63,381 nucleotides of DNA, filler included, from Octopus bimaculoides (GCF_001194135.2; 5 parts of 3 records of this genome joined end to end with filler, not necessarily neighbours in it); one strand, 5' to 3'. Positions 48,141 to 61,551 are shown, counted from the first letter of the whole stretch. Numbers and translations: made by a program. Notes: generated by a model not told the origin, from the sequence alone.

Positions 48141-49730
48141 GCTTTGAAGACGAACAAGAATAAAACATTAATATTTTAATGGGTTAATCAGTGGCGGATA
48201 ACGTGTTTTATAACAATCGCTGGTTTGTTCCTAAGAGTTTGTTTCATGGGGGTTGAACCTCTTGGGAACCACCCAGTGTGAATGGTTGCTGAGTGGTCAT
48301 CAAATACACACCCTGTAATGTATATAGCAACAGACGAAACACACACACACACACACAAAGAAAAGCAAGAAAAATAAAAACGACCTCACTGGGAGAAACG
48401 CCAGTCAATATGGCCAAAGGTGACGCCAAATAGATCAAAGACTTTGGCTGATCAAAAGGGTGAGATTGAGAGGTAAGGTGGGTGTATATAATAGCATAAA
48501 TGAGGGAAGAATATATGTGTGGGTGTATNNNNNNNNNNNNNNNNNNNNNNNNNNNNNNNNNNNNNNNNNNNNNNNNNNNNNNNNNNNNNNNNNNNNNNNN
48601 NNNNNNNNNNNNNNNNNNNNNNNNNNNNNNNNNNNNNNNNNNNNNNNNNNNNNNNNNNNNNNNNNNNNNNNNNNNNNNNNNNNNNNNNNNNNNNNNNNNN
48701 NNNNNNNNNNNNNNNNNNNNNNNNNNNNNNNNNNNNNNNNNNNNNNNNNNNNNNNNNNNNNNNNNNNNNNNNNNNNNNNNNNNTATATATATATGTGTGT
48801 ATGTGTGTATGTGTGTATATATATATAATATGGTGGAAGGAGAAGACAGAGACATGCTTGCGCAGAGAAATGAAAGGAAACGCGGCTGGGTTAAGTGACC
48901 ACACGAAGAGACAGCAACAATGTGTGAAAACACACTTCATGATAATTAACGGTCGCTTTTAAACGACCGACACGCTATTTCACGATCGTCTTAATTTCAA
49001 TATTTCTCTTTAAAGTTTCGTTTTCGCTTTTCTACATCCATAAATGTCTTCAACTCCATCCTTTTCATTCGCTTCTCATTACTATCTTCTTTGTTAGTTT
49101 GTTTTTTATATTTCTTTTTTTTTTATCTTTTATTATTTCTTCATTTCTGTCTATACGTTTCTATATATTTAAAAAAAAATTATTTTTATGATACCCTCCT
49201 CTCTCTCTCTTTCTCCCACTCTCTCCCTCTTTCTCTCTCCTTCACCCCATACTTCTCTAAGTTCAAGAGTTAATATGCCGCTCTTGAATCTCTTTCAAAC
49301 CCAATCATTCAATTGAACATCGAATTCGGTTACAGAATTCTCCTTTGGACCAAAAACCTGTTCCAACCATTAGCTGTCGGCAATATAACATTCTAAATAT
49401 AACCTTTTTAACCGCTGCTGTTTAACATGAATAGAAGGCCTTGTCACATAAAGTCGGAGATGGAATAGTTGAATAAAAGAATGATATAGTACTAACACAG
49501 ATGTAGATGTAGCTTTAAAGTGTCATGGCTATATTGGCCTGAAGCAACGATGTTTTATAGCCTGGCAATAATAATATTTTCACGGAGAGCCTACTCTTTG
49601 TATGCTTGTTCGTCATCTTTTCCCTCGTCGATGTCTTTTTCTTTCCGTTTTCTTTTTTTCTATGAAAATAACACAAAAAATATCAGTTTTGTTCTCATGC
49701 ACAAAAGATACGTCAGCTTATTGATGCATA

Positions 49731-49782
<52 letters not shown>

Positions 49783-51007
49783 GTATATATCAATGTATAT
49801 TTATATGTATTTGTGTGTGTGTGAGTGCTTATATATATATATATATATANNNNNNNNNNNNNNNNNNNNNNNNNNNNNNNNNNNNNNNNNNNNNNNNNNN
49901 NNNNNNNNNNNNNNNNNNNNNNNNNNNNNNNNNNNNNNNNNNNNNNNNNNNNNNNNNNNNNNNNNNNNNNNNNNNNNNNNNNNNNNNNNNNNNNNNNNNN
50001 NNNNNNNNNNNNNNNNNNNNNNNNNNNNNNNNNNNNNNNNNNNNNNNNNNNNNNNNNNNNNNNNNNNNNNNNNNNNNNNNNNNNNNNNNNNNNNNNNNNN
50101 NNNNNNNNNNNNNNNNNNNNNNNNNNNNNNNNNNNNNNNNNNNNNNNNNNNNNNNNNNNNNNNNNNNNNNNNNNNNNNNNNNNNNNNNNNNNNNNNNNNN
50201 NNNNNNNNNNNNNNNNNNNNNNNNNNNNNNNNNNNNNNNNNNNNNNNNNNNNNNNNNNNNNNNNNNNNNNNNNNNNNNNNNNNNNNNNNNNNNNNNNNNN
50301 NNNNNNNNNNNNNNNNNNNNNNNNNNNNNNNNNNNNNNNNNNNNNNNNNNNNNNNNNNNNNNNNNNNNNNATATATATATAGGTAAAAATTATAGTTTCT
50401 CTCACATGCATACACGTACAATTTACAAAGCTACAAACGCACAACCATATGCTCACAAAGTGCGATCTAATTCAATTACAGTCCTTTTACATCTCGCTTC
50501 CATTCTCTTCGCTCCGTTCAATGACAAACTCCTGACATAAAATTCAATGAAACGCCCCAAGGAAATAAAACATATTGTGTGGTTGATAAAAGACCAACTA
50601 TAAAACATTATTTTACAGCTCAATCTTATATTGAACCTCTGTTTCTGACAATCATCGCTATCACATACATTTTTAACCTTAGAGACTTGGCTTCACTTCA
50701 CCGACATCTGACACATGGGTAGGTGATCAGAAACGACATTGAGTTGCGTCCCTTTATTTACTATGTTAGAATCTACTCAAGACTTATAGTACGACCATGA
50801 GCTCTCCAGAGTCAGCATGTCGATTCGGAAGTGGTTTGGTAGAATTTTTGGAGCGTCAGCCATATTGACTGTTATTTAGTAACGATCTTTTTTACGTTTC
50901 CAGATCCAATCCTGCTTAGGCGAAATTTGCTTTTTTAACCTTTCGGGGTAAATTAGAATAAAGTACTTATCTAGTACTGAAGTCGTTTTAATATTCTTAG
51001 AAACTAA

Positions 51008-51210
51008 GGCGACGAGCTGGCAGAATCGTTAGCACGTCGGGCAAAATGCTTAGCGGCATTTCGTCGGTCTCTACGTTCTGAGTTCAAATTCCACCGTCGT
51101 CGACTTTGCCTTTCATCCTTTCAAGGTCGATAAAATAAGTACTAGTTGAACACTGGGGTCGATATAACCCCTCCCTGAAATTGCTGACATTATGCCAAAA
51201 TTCAAAATTA
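51008..51210 (+). mobile_element. SINE family A, near full length
   Basis: GGCGACGAGCTGGCAGAATCGTTAG (A-box-like)...GAGTTCAAATTCC (B-box-like)...GTCGACTTTGCCTTTCATCCTTTCAAGGTCGATAAAATAAGTAC; a more decayed partial copy precedes it at ~50880-50985. Confidence 0.92.
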
Positions 51211-51546
51211 ATATTCCTAGAAAGTATCTTAGAAATGAATAAAAGACAATTACATGTCTGCTCAATAATTTTACAACCCAATGAATTGAAATTCTCGATC
51301 ATTGCTGTCCTGACATTGGCAGATATGCTCACGTGATGTTGGTAAGACATCACTGAAACATGCCTTACAGTGTTAATAGAACTATAACCGCTCCCGGAAT
51401 ATCTGGCTGTCACCAACTATAACTGCTTACTGTTGTAGGTGTATATGTCATCAGTTATAAACATTAGGTTTGGCTGCATTTTGATAGGTTACAGGTTATG
51501 ATCGTTCATATGGATTTGAGTATAATTATATATACATATAATGTAT

Positions 51547-52018
51547 GGGAGTGGCTGTGTGGTAAGTAGCTTGCTTACCAACCACATGGTTCTGGGTTCA
51601 GTCCCACTGCGTGGCATCTTGGGCAAGTGTCTTCTACTATAGCCTCGGGCCAACCAAAGCCTTGTNNNNNNNNNNTGGGCAAGTGTCTTCTACTATAGCC
51701 TCGGGCCAACCAAAGCCTTGTGAGTGGATTTGGTAGACGGAAACTGAAAGAAGCCCGTCGTATATATGTATATATATATATATGTATATGTATGTGTATA
51801 TGTGTGTTTGTATGTCTGTGTTTGTCCCCCCAAACATCGCTTGACAACCGATGCTGGTGTGTTTACGTCCTCGTAACTTAGCGGTTCGGCAAACGAGATC
51901 GATAGAATAAGTACTAGGCTTCCAAAGAATAAGTCCTGGGGTCGATTTGCTCGACTAAAGGCGGTGCTCTAGCATGGCCACAGTCAAATGACTGAAACAA
52001 GTAAAAGAGAGTAAAAGA
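51547..52018 (+). mobile_element. SINE family B, full-length composite (tRNA head, CORE-like box, internal TA/TG tract, 3' module)
   Basis: GGGAGTGGCTGTGTGGTAAG...GGGTTCAGTCCC...CTTGGGCAAGTGTCTT (CORE-like)...GGGGTCGATTTGCTCGACTAAAGGCGGTGCTCTAGCATGGCC..GTAAAAGAGAGTAAAAGA tail. Octopus OR SINEs are reported CORE-SINEs; exact family not verified. Confidence 0.92.
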
Positions 52019-52417
52019 GATACCTATCGGTAAACGTCGCTGTGTCTTAATGACTTAGTTGCGAGAAGGCGTTTGGAGGTGTATGCAGAACGTATATATC
52101 TAATATTCACTCTTAGCAGCGTTCGGCATGTATGTTGAAGAAAACCAACATTTCACTAGCACGGTTATATGACAGTTTAAATATGATAAGAAAATGTGTT
52201 CGGTAGCAAGATAAAAATATCGGTGGAAGTAAATTTAAGAAGTCATGTTAATTCTGAAAATGTTATTTAGTTTCATCATACTGGATTGACTGTATTTTCT
52301 CATGTTGACAAAGGCTTGAGAGTATATCTCCGTAGGGGTGCATGCAAATTAATCTTAAACCCATTCTTTTCGGATCTATTCAGTTTCAATCACAGATTTT
52401 TTAATTAATCTTGTTGA

Positions 52418-53365
52418 CTAAACAGTTTAAAACTCCGAATACTGATAGAATTCCTCACATAGAACACGGTTTACTCTGAACGTTTTTGATAAAATTTTCT
52501 ATTTTAGAAGTTATTTCGTGTTAAAGTTGTCGTATTTGAGTAATTTCAACCAATCAACGACGTGTACTCGGTTGAAGAAAGCTCCTGCTGTTTACGATAG
52601 TACTCGAAGAGGAACAACTTCCGGGTCATTTCTACTAAATGTCACCACTCTGTTCGAAGAATCAACACCAAGAAAGAAGAAATATTATTTGCATATATTT
52701 ATTCGTTTGCCCGACATCTGTGTTTCATCCACACATAAAGCGCACCGGTGTTTAAAAGACCTATAGAGCAGCGAGTCCACAGCTAGCTTTTTTTGTTGTT
52801 GACGTATATGTAGTTTCAAAATGCCTTATTTTACAACTATGAGATGTATTGTTATTGTCATGATTTTATCTTACTATAACCAACAACAAACACGTTTCTT
52901 CAATATAGAAGTCTTTATTAGATAAAAAAAAAAAAAATTATCAAAACATGAAGGTAAAACAAAACAAATAGCGGCTTATACACCGGAAAATACGGTAATT
53001 ATAGTGGCAGTGACAAGTTCGCTCGCTGGTTGCTAGTTGAAGGGAGGGAAAGAGTAAGGAATACACGGTGCTTACTAGAAAGGAAGAAAAGATAAAGGTA
53101 GCATCGTCTTCGCTCGCCATACGAATAGAACAGGGTGGTGACATTTAGTACAAATGACCCGGAAGTTGTTCCTCTTCGATTACTATCGCAAGCAGGAGTA
53201 GCTTTCTTCAAACAAATACACGTCGTTGATTGGTTGAATTTATCCAAATATGACAATTTTAACACGAAATAACTTCTAAAATACGAAATTTTGTCAAAAA
53301 CGTTCAGAGTAAACCGTGTTCTACGTGAGAAATTCTACCAGTATTCGACGTTTCAAGCTGTTTAG
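52418..53365. mobile_element. Fold-back/MITE-like element, ~950 bp, with ~240-bp inverted arms
   Basis: 52418-52658 aligns with the reverse complement of ~53128-53365 (e.g. AGAACACGGTTTACTCTGAACGTTTTTGA; CGAAGAGGAACAACTTCCGGGTCATTT identical); TA at both outer ends. Confidence 0.85.
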
Positions 53366-53823
53366 CTAAAAAAAAAAAAAACTTTATCAAAAAACCTGTG
53401 ATTGAAACTGAAGATATCCCGTTTAGATCTATTCAATAGATCCCATATTTCCTTACTAACATACGATGAGAGTTCGTACACATTATACAAAAAAGAACAG
53501 ACTGGATTTAACACCAATCGTTTATTTATAGAAAGTAGTAAAAATATAAATAGTGAATTCATCACGACATAATCACTGATAGAAAATTTTGTAGTATATA
53601 TATATATATATGAAGTAAACATTTTAAAGAGGCATCTGTCGCGAGAATGATGACAAGTTAAATTTACTTAGCCAGTTCCTTAAACTACACTAACAGGTTG
53701 AGAATAGCATAACATAAGGTTATGAAAAATGAACAATGCAAAATAGCAATGCAGAAATGAGCGACAAGGTCCCGTGCGGCAATCAAGTGTCACTAAATAA
53801 TTTCCCAAAAATCTGGGTTTAAA

Positions 53824-53907
53824 TAACTGCCGTATACCCGATTCTAGACGCCTTTCCCCATTAAAAAGAACATCTTCACGGAGACTAGAATCGGTGTATG
53901 AACAGTA
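53824..53907. mobile_element. 84-bp hairpin / miniature inverted-repeat element
   Basis: ATACCCGATTCTAGACGCC pairs with GGAGACTAGAATCGGTGTAT; outer TA-ACTG...CAG-TA. Confidence 0.6.
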
Positions 53908-54374
53908 AAATTGACCAATGACAAAGCGTTAGACATTTATAAACAAAAGACAGCCGACACGACTATTACGTCATACTGTTACTGCTAAAGTCTATAACTG
54001 CTACAGAACATTATTGAATCGGATTATGTACAATAAGGCTAACTTTCTTTCATCCTCCTAAGGTCACTAGATAAAATACCAGTTTCAGGCTATGGACAGG
54101 CGGTGCTATTAAAGCATTGAGATAGATACCTTATAATATTTGTTTCGGTCCTTTGTGTCCTGAATCTTTGGATGGTAGGTATAATCTGTCGTCTGTCTTA
54201 TATCTTGAGTACCTCCGGTTTGAGGATACCTTCCACCCTCCCTCTCTCTCTCATGATTTTTATATATGCTGTAAAGAGTCATGGTCAATGCCTTTCTTTT
54301 TAACTAAGCGATACACTAAGAAGGACATCATGTTACGGTATTAGTAAGACGTTTATATAGAAGATCTTACATAA

Positions 54375-54585
54375 GGCGGCGAGCTGGTAGAAAGCAAGCC
54401 GGGTAAAATGGTTCGCAGCATTTCGTCTGTCATTACGTTTTGAGTTCAAATTCTGCCGAGGTCGACTTGTTCTTTCATCCCTTTCGGGGTCGATAAAATA
54501 AGTACCAGTTGAGTACTGAGATCGATGTAATCGACTTAAACCTACCCTAGAACTTGCTGGCCTCGTGCCAAAATTTGAAAGCAAT
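54375..54585 (+). mobile_element. SINE family A, near full length
   Basis: GGCGGCGAGCTGGTAGAA...GAGTTCAAATTCTGCCGAGGTCGACTTGTTCTTTCATCCCTTTCGGGGTCGATAAAATAAGTACCAG. Confidence 0.92.
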
Positions 54586-54829
54586 ATAGTAGACCTTACA
54601 GAATCAGTCAATAAAAAGTAAAAATATATAGTTTGGCTTTGGCGTTGAATGTTCTTTGATCAGCTTAATTATTTGCTCGATGAATTAGCGCGTAAGTGAC
54701 TGAATACTTACAATCGTGTACTCTTAGTACCACTTACAAACGTGTAGTCTTAGGTAGAGTCAAAGTGAAACTGTGTGACATGATAGAACCTTTAAGTTAG
54801 CGGTACAAGCCTGTAGTTCATTTGATAGG

Positions 54830-54970
54830 AATATACATAGTTCCCATCAACCAAATGTACACTTATAAGGCCCTTACTGGAGAAAAACTCTGGTTTAAGA
54901 TACCATACAGTCGGGTCGATGCCGAGACCTCATGATATCAAGCAAATTTTTTAACCATTCGGTCATACCT
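54830..54970 (-). mobile_element. SINE family B, highly degenerate
   Basis: Reverse complement GGTATGACCGAATGGTTAAAAAATTTGCTTG...GGCATCGACCCGACTG resembles the family B head. Confidence 0.5.
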
Positions 54971-55116
54971 CGTTCACGTATCTCACGACTGGATGCAGTT
55001 TAAGGTTCTTGGGCACCGCCTTACCTCACGATAATAAGATGAAAACAAAAACAAAAGCAAAATATAAACAAATCACTGTTGACGTTTAAGATCATGTCAG
55101 TCTGATTCAAAATACA

Positions 55117-55317
55117 CGAGTGGGTGCTGAAACATTCTGGCCTTGGGTCAAAGAAAATACAGTTGGATCAGTTAATTCTGATTTTACTCAACATATCGCC
55201 TTCTCAGATTCACACACTTTTTGCAGTGGTCCTCTTCTAAAAGAACTCGGAAGGTTGGGCATCAAACCAGGCCTTTCGCGACACCTTTAGAGCCAGGAAC
55301 TTTACAGCACCCCCTTA
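55117..55317. mobile_element. ~200-bp mariner-derived MITE
   Basis: Left CGAGTGGGTGCTGAAACATTCTGGC vs right reverse complement TAAGGGGGTGCTGTAAAGTTCCTGGC; TA at the right end; no coding capacity. Confidence 0.8.
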
Positions 55318-56654
55318 TACATATAATCAAAGGCTTTCAACCCGTGTTCAGCCAATTTTTGTAAGGTGTAGTTCATATAAATCTACATTATCAGAATCGT
55401 GCATACTTCTTTTTCGAAGACAGCAAAATGTCATTTGAGGGAATCTTGGCTGCAATTTCTTGTAGGTTGAGTGACTAGTTGTTATTTTCTGCTGCTGTTG
55501 TCAATGTTGCTGATATAGGTGTTGTTGTACCTATCGCTGTTGTAGATTTTACTTATATTGCCGGCATTGTTGTTGTTGTTGTGGTTGTTTGTGGTAGTGG
55601 TGGTGGTGCTGCTGCTACTGATGCTGCTTCAGTAGTAACGAGCAGTAAGCTAAATACATGAGTGTGTATATATATACATGATTAAGTTGACAGCATCCTT
55701 GTTTCAATAACAAGCATTTCAAGTGAAATGGATTAATCCGACTAAGAGAGATTAGTCAATTACAATAATAAAATGAGTGTATTAGAATGTACCGGCTCAC
55801 CCCCTTATATTTGTGCATATCTTGTATGTGGCTTATGTTAACATTGTTACAGTTGTACAGGTGATTGTGATGGTGGTGGAGACGGCAAGAGCGGTGATGG
55901 TGGTGTGAATAGTTGTTGCAATGGTCGTGGTAATGATGGTGGTGGTGGAGCCTGTGGTGATGATGATGATAATATTGATGGTGGTATTTATGGTAGTGGT
56001 AGCAGAGCCTAGAGTATTAATAGTGGCGTTGATGGTGTGGTGGTGATGGTGATGGTGAAGCTGGTTGGAATCTTGTTAAATTTCTTGCAACCACTTGAAG
56101 TAGTACAAATTTGCACCAGATTTTATTCAACTCTCAACACTTAGTTTTTAAATTAATTTCTAGAAAAAAACAAACAAAGATGCAATTTTCGTCATCAGCA
56201 TGCAAAACTGTAATTTAAAAGAAATAATCTGGCGAAAATCTGAAATACTTTAATGGTTGGAAGAAATTTAACACGACCCGTGGCTATAGAAATGATGGTA
56301 ATGGTGGTTGTGGTAGCGATGGCAGTGAGTGATCTAGTGATTTTGTTGTGGTTGTTTTGTTATTTTGCTCTACATCATCTCTAACCAAGGACATCTATGA
56401 TCAGAAGGCATTCTACCCAGGGGATCTTGTGTTTGTTTCTTTTTTCGGTCTTCTGATAAATATAATATAACTGNNNNNNNNNNNNNNNNNNNNNNNNNNN
56501 NNNNNNNNNNNNNNNNNTTAATTAATTAANNNNNNNNNNNNNNNNNNNNNNNNNNNNNNNNNNNNNNNNNNNNCTGTAATGTTTTTTAAAAAAATGGAAT
56601 AAAAATTATGAGTGAATTTCATAGATGTAAACTGTGGAAGCCCATCCTTTGCGT

Positions 56655-56765
56655 GCGTATATATATATATATATATATATGCATGCATACATACATACAT
56701 ACATACATACATACATACATACATACATACAGGCATACATACAGGCATACATACATGCATACACA
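56655..56765. repeat. (TA)n/(TACA)n microsatellite
   Basis: Directly visible. Confidence 0.95.
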
Positions 56766-58849
56766 CTAGCTGAGTAGCCTGTCGTTGTCGGGCAATTTTC
56801 ACAATAGAACGCCTTTATTTCATTTTATTAGGACAGATTTCAGCATTAGGACAGATTTCAGCATTATTAGGATCAATTCATAATGTCTCGATAAACTAAT
56901 TATTTTTTATTCTTTCCCATTTGGTGCATAGATGCAAAAGTATTTCATACTTCGAACTCTTGAAGATCTAACGTAAAGTTGACCATGGATGTAAACTGGC
57001 AACGGAAAATGTTTGCCCTTGCGATTTGTTGATGGTCATGGCAAAACTAAGACTCACTGGAAACTGAAGCCTTTTCAACTGAAATGGGGCATCGTCACCT
57101 GAATTTGTACGACGGATGCTCTTGTATGCTTATTATCTAATTGATGCATTCTATGCTCGGTGAGAGACGGATAGTTAGAGGGGATCTTTTCTGTTGCTAT
57201 CACAGATGTTGAAATTTTAAAATTAATTAAAGATTATTTTCAAATTTGGTATAATGGTGTAATTCTTTATGCCGAATCCGATTTTGTGATTCATTTATTC
57301 CAGAAACATTTTAGACAACATCCTGCAGAAGTTTAAAGTTTAATCATGTTTAGAGAATCAGAAAACAAGATTTGAAAGCTACCATTTTCTGCGGTATAGC
57401 TCTCTGTCACAAAATGATAACAAACATTACAACAACGAAGTTTAAACAAAATGAAAGCAATGGCATGTCATATCAAGAGAGAGGGGTAGCAGAATTCGTG
57501 AGAGATATACATAAACAGAGGAAAGAGTGAGAGAGGGAGATTGTAGTAAATATATAGAGTGATGGGTAAGGCGTAAAAGACAGTGAAATATTGATAGTGA
57601 AATAGAGAGAAGATTTAGCAATCTAAAAGTTGAGTTGCTTCTTGTACTGAATGATAGATAAAATTAAATCCGTTATGAGAAGTGTAATAACAGCTTATAA
57701 ACTGAAACTTCGAAATCACTGTCAATGTATTCTTGGAAAAAGCTATGTGTATGTATGTGTGTGTGCATGTGCGTGTGATTCTTTGCGTTTGTGTTTTTTT
57801 CCCTTATACTGCTTACTTAACAGTGCTTATTTTTTTAATTCCTCGAACCTTAGAGGCTCAGCAAAAATTGAACGATAGCTTAATTACCAGACTCAAAATA
57901 TCTGCTGGGGTCAAACTGGCGCTACAGAGTTGAATACTTTATAGTACTTAGTTTTCCACTGCGTACGTCAGTGGATTTCATGAGCATAAAGTCAATAAAA
58001 GTTTCCAAAATTGATTCAGAGGCCAAATCAGTCCCCAATCAAGAACAAACTTTGTAATTGGAAGAAAAAAAATCAGTAACGCGTTTGTAAAGAATTTTTT
58101 ACTTTTAATACATTTTAAAAGCAGTTGCTACTGAGCTCTCAACATTACAATGTCTCCAGCAATAGGAAACATTACATCCATCTCTCTTTCATCACTTACT
58201 GTATTCTAGAGGCTGTATTTAAAAAACAAAAAAGCAATTTCCTATATATTGTCACCCCTAGATGTTCACATTTTCAAGCTTCATATCTATGCACGATTTT
58301 ATTTTAACTGCTATTAATTAAAATATAAATAACATCATGCTAATAATTAACCGGATTAACTTCATCCAGTTGTCCTTCAACCTCAGAATCTAGGGGACCT
58401 GAAAAACACTTACATGTGAAATTCTTTTCCATCATGTATTATCTAACAAAAAATGTCTCCAAAGACGTCCTTTGGTATCACATTATAGAGCAGGAGGTAA
58501 AGTTAAATGAGATATTCTTCTCCATTACGTACTACGTAACATGGGAAACCGCACTTTGCGATGCATCGACTCCAATGCATCATTTGTACTTATGATATGA
58601 ATGTCGGAGTGATTTATATTTTGACATATGAGAATTTGAATAAATTATGCAGCTCGATGAATATACCTATAGCACATTTCATGTAATGTAGTGTATCAGC
58701 TCCGTCGATTTACTGATTCATTTGACTCGATATCCTTTCGGACTAATATTCAATATTACTTGTTAAAAACCACTGAATTCTACTACTATTAACTAGTCTG
58801 AGAGCTATTTTATATCATGAAGTATCCTGGCTACGAACGNNNNNNNNNN

Positions 58850-58901
<52 letters not shown>

Positions 58902-59084
58902 CTATATCAACGCCGTCACGCCTTCATTACCGACCTTGTCGATCAATCAATACTTATAAATCTCACACAAATGTGATAAATAGACTGGAAGTTTGGCTTT
59001 TCTAATCAGCAATATAAATCAATGGCTGATTAAGGCCTATTCATTTCTCAGAAATGGAATTTTTACGTCAATGTTACACTGCTA

Positions 59085-59088
59085 TACT

Positions 59089-59153
<65 letters not shown>
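59085..59153. repeat. (CTA)n microsatellite
   Basis: Directly visible. Confidence 0.95.
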
Positions 59154-59154
<1 letters not shown>

Positions 59155-59969
59155 TATGTGTGTGTGTATGCACCTGAGTGCATGTGTGTGTACACCATTA
59201 TATATAGTGATTTTTCTTGAGGCGCGTTCACTTAACCAAATCACAGATTTCTTTCGACATCCCCCTTGCTTTCTATTCTCTGTTGTCCGGATTACAGCAA
59301 CGAACATGATTTCACTTTCACACCATGACGTAATAAATATCCAGCCTCAAAAATAAGAGATGCTTATTACTCTGATGATTTAGCTTTAATATCCAGTATC
59401 ATTGTAAGGAAGCACTATCTTATTTCACAGTCTGGTAATGTCACAGGAGTTATTAGCGTTTCAATAGAAACGGTCATGTCATTATCTGAAAACTCAGTAA
59501 ATCCAGTAAATTACGTTCTTTACTGCGATAGTATCTTGAGAATCAGGTGTTAAGATTTGTATTAGCAAAGCTAAAGTTGCACTTAAAATTTTGACCATAA
59601 TAAGAAAATCTAAACTTTCAGATAATCAGAAATAAATCTTCTGTTTAGTGGTTGATTCTGTAGTGATTAATAACGTGTGCTCACGGATACTAGCCAAACC
59701 AAAATACTCGAAGCTATGCTAGATGATACCGACCAGCAGATATTCCAAGTGATTTTAAGCATGTATTACAGACACTTAAATTTGAACAACTTGGCATTGT
59801 CAAAATTATTTTGACCTTCCTCCACCCTGCGAAAACGTAAGTTGATCAATGCATAAAAAACATTCGACGTCAGTGAGAGGAACCGTCACATGGCATGATA
59901 GATAGAGATAGGTGGGCGATTAGACTTATGCGATTCGGAGTAAGGTCAACACAATGATGGTGATGATAC

Positions 59970-60017
59970 GTACACACACACAAACACACACACTGACAAA
60001 CACACACACACACACGC

Positions 60018-60057
<40 letters not shown>

Positions 60058-60089
60058 NNNNNNNNNNNNNNNNNNNNNNNNNNNNNNNN

Positions 60090-60138
<49 letters not shown>

Positions 60139-60262
60139 CATACATACATATATATATATATACATACATATATATGCATACATACATACATATATATTTA
60201 GATATATATAAGCATATATATATATATACATAAACATACATACATATATATACATATACATA
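59970..60262. repeat. (CA)n / gap / (TA)n microsatellite
   Basis: Directly visible. Confidence 0.95.
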
Positions 60263-60739
60263 TTAGTTATAAGCTAAGAAGCAGAAAAAATCGGAAAAAT
60301 AAGTTGTACACAGATACATACACATATTTAACTATTTGCAAATATACACAAATATTTGTACTTTATTATAGCTAGACTTAAATAACCAGAAAGTTTATAT
60401 TTCTCTTTAAGAACATTAATAACTTATAAGAGATAAGAGGTTAATTGGTGAAGATATCAAAATAAGAAACACAATAAGAAATTATAGGAAATAGTTAGAA
60501 AATATATATAACATATATAATACTAGCGGGTAAGTTCTAATCATATACGACACTAAAATTAAACATTAAAATTAATTTCTTATGTCTATGTTCAAGTACA
60601 GCACCTATAAACGCTAATTTTGAAAATATTTAAACGTACAGGTGACACTATGTCGGCTTGATACCCTTAGGTCTAATCTATTATTAACCAGGTTGCTCTT
60701 TTCCCTATACTTAAAAATTTCATAAGTTTTCATAGAGCA

Positions 60740-61310
60740 CAGCTCGCACCCGTACCGACTATTTCTTTAAGGCTGTGCTTTCCTTATAATATCCCATTTA
60801 AGGCTAAATTCGATCCCGCTTTCCTTCAGTTCCCAAATCTTGCTAGATAAGGACGTACAATTGGCCTTATGTTTGAGCCTAAAAGATGAAAAATAGTTAT
60901 TAATGCCGTTTTTTTCATATTTATTGAACATCCTATATATACAATGTTACCAGCTATAGTTGGGATAGTACATTTATAGATTACATTTTGAGTTAGACAT
61001 TGGTCTAATAATGGACAGTGGGATTTAATCCTACAATTGCAACTAGGAGAATTACCACTGTTAATATTATTGATATTCATATCATTATTATTATTAATAT
61101 TACTATTAATATTAATCCTACTACTATTATAGTATGTGTTATTTTCATATCCGGTATTATCTCTCCATCCTTCAATTGTAGTATCATTCACATTCATCTC
61201 AGTATCATCAGGTGTATCAGTAGTCCCTGTGCTAGTATGGACCTCAGAGCTATAGTCTACATTGTATATATTAGAAACATTAGTACCCCTGTTTCTATTT
61301 TCTACATCAC

Positions 61311-61311
<1 letters not shown>
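60740..61311 (-). mobile_element. Penelope-like element: Asn-rich linker and GIY-YIG endonuclease
   Basis: SCNCRIKSHCPLLDQCLTQNVIYKCTI..IVYIGCS, then WELKESGIEFSLKWDIIRKAQP*..CELC; preceded in frame by GDVENRNRG...NINNNND. Confidence 0.88.
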
Positions 61312-61374
<63 letters not shown>

Positions 61375-61551
61375 TTATGTTTGACTTTTGTTTTGCATTT
61401 GTACAAGTTGGATCCAAGTCTCATCCAGAGACCTCAAGAGACAACAAGTTAGAAGTTCATGTAGGTGTTATGCCTAGGGTATCATATATTTGGATTTGTA
61501 CAGTTTTGTTCAAGTGAATGTTTAAGAAACCATAAGAAAATTATGTGTTTG
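61312..61551 (-). mobile_element. (AAT)n tail (61312-61374) plus probable 3' UTR of another R4/Dong-type element, cut by a gap
   Basis: Minus strand ends GAGGTCTCTGGATGAGACTTGGA...AAAAGTCAAACATAA(AAT)n; no ORF visible before the gap, so the family call rests on recalled similarity and the TAA tail. Confidence 0.5.

Noticed and set aside
51008-51090. tRNA-like A/B boxes (also 51547, 54375, 30398)
   Set aside because: These are SINE heads followed by SINE bodies; no complete cloverleaf, so not tRNA genes.
51620-51721. 46-bp direct repeat on both sides of a 10-N gap
   Set aside because: Exact contig-end overlap inside a SINE; an assembly artefact rather than a duplication.
55480-56350. Gly/Val/Asp-rich readings suggestive of a structural protein
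   Set aside because: Degenerate GTT/GGT/GAT trinucleotide tracts broken by stops, with no splice or homology support.
56829-56867. Two-copy short tandem duplications (18 bp here, 22 bp at ~33346)
   Set aside because: Ordinary local slippage with no further structure.
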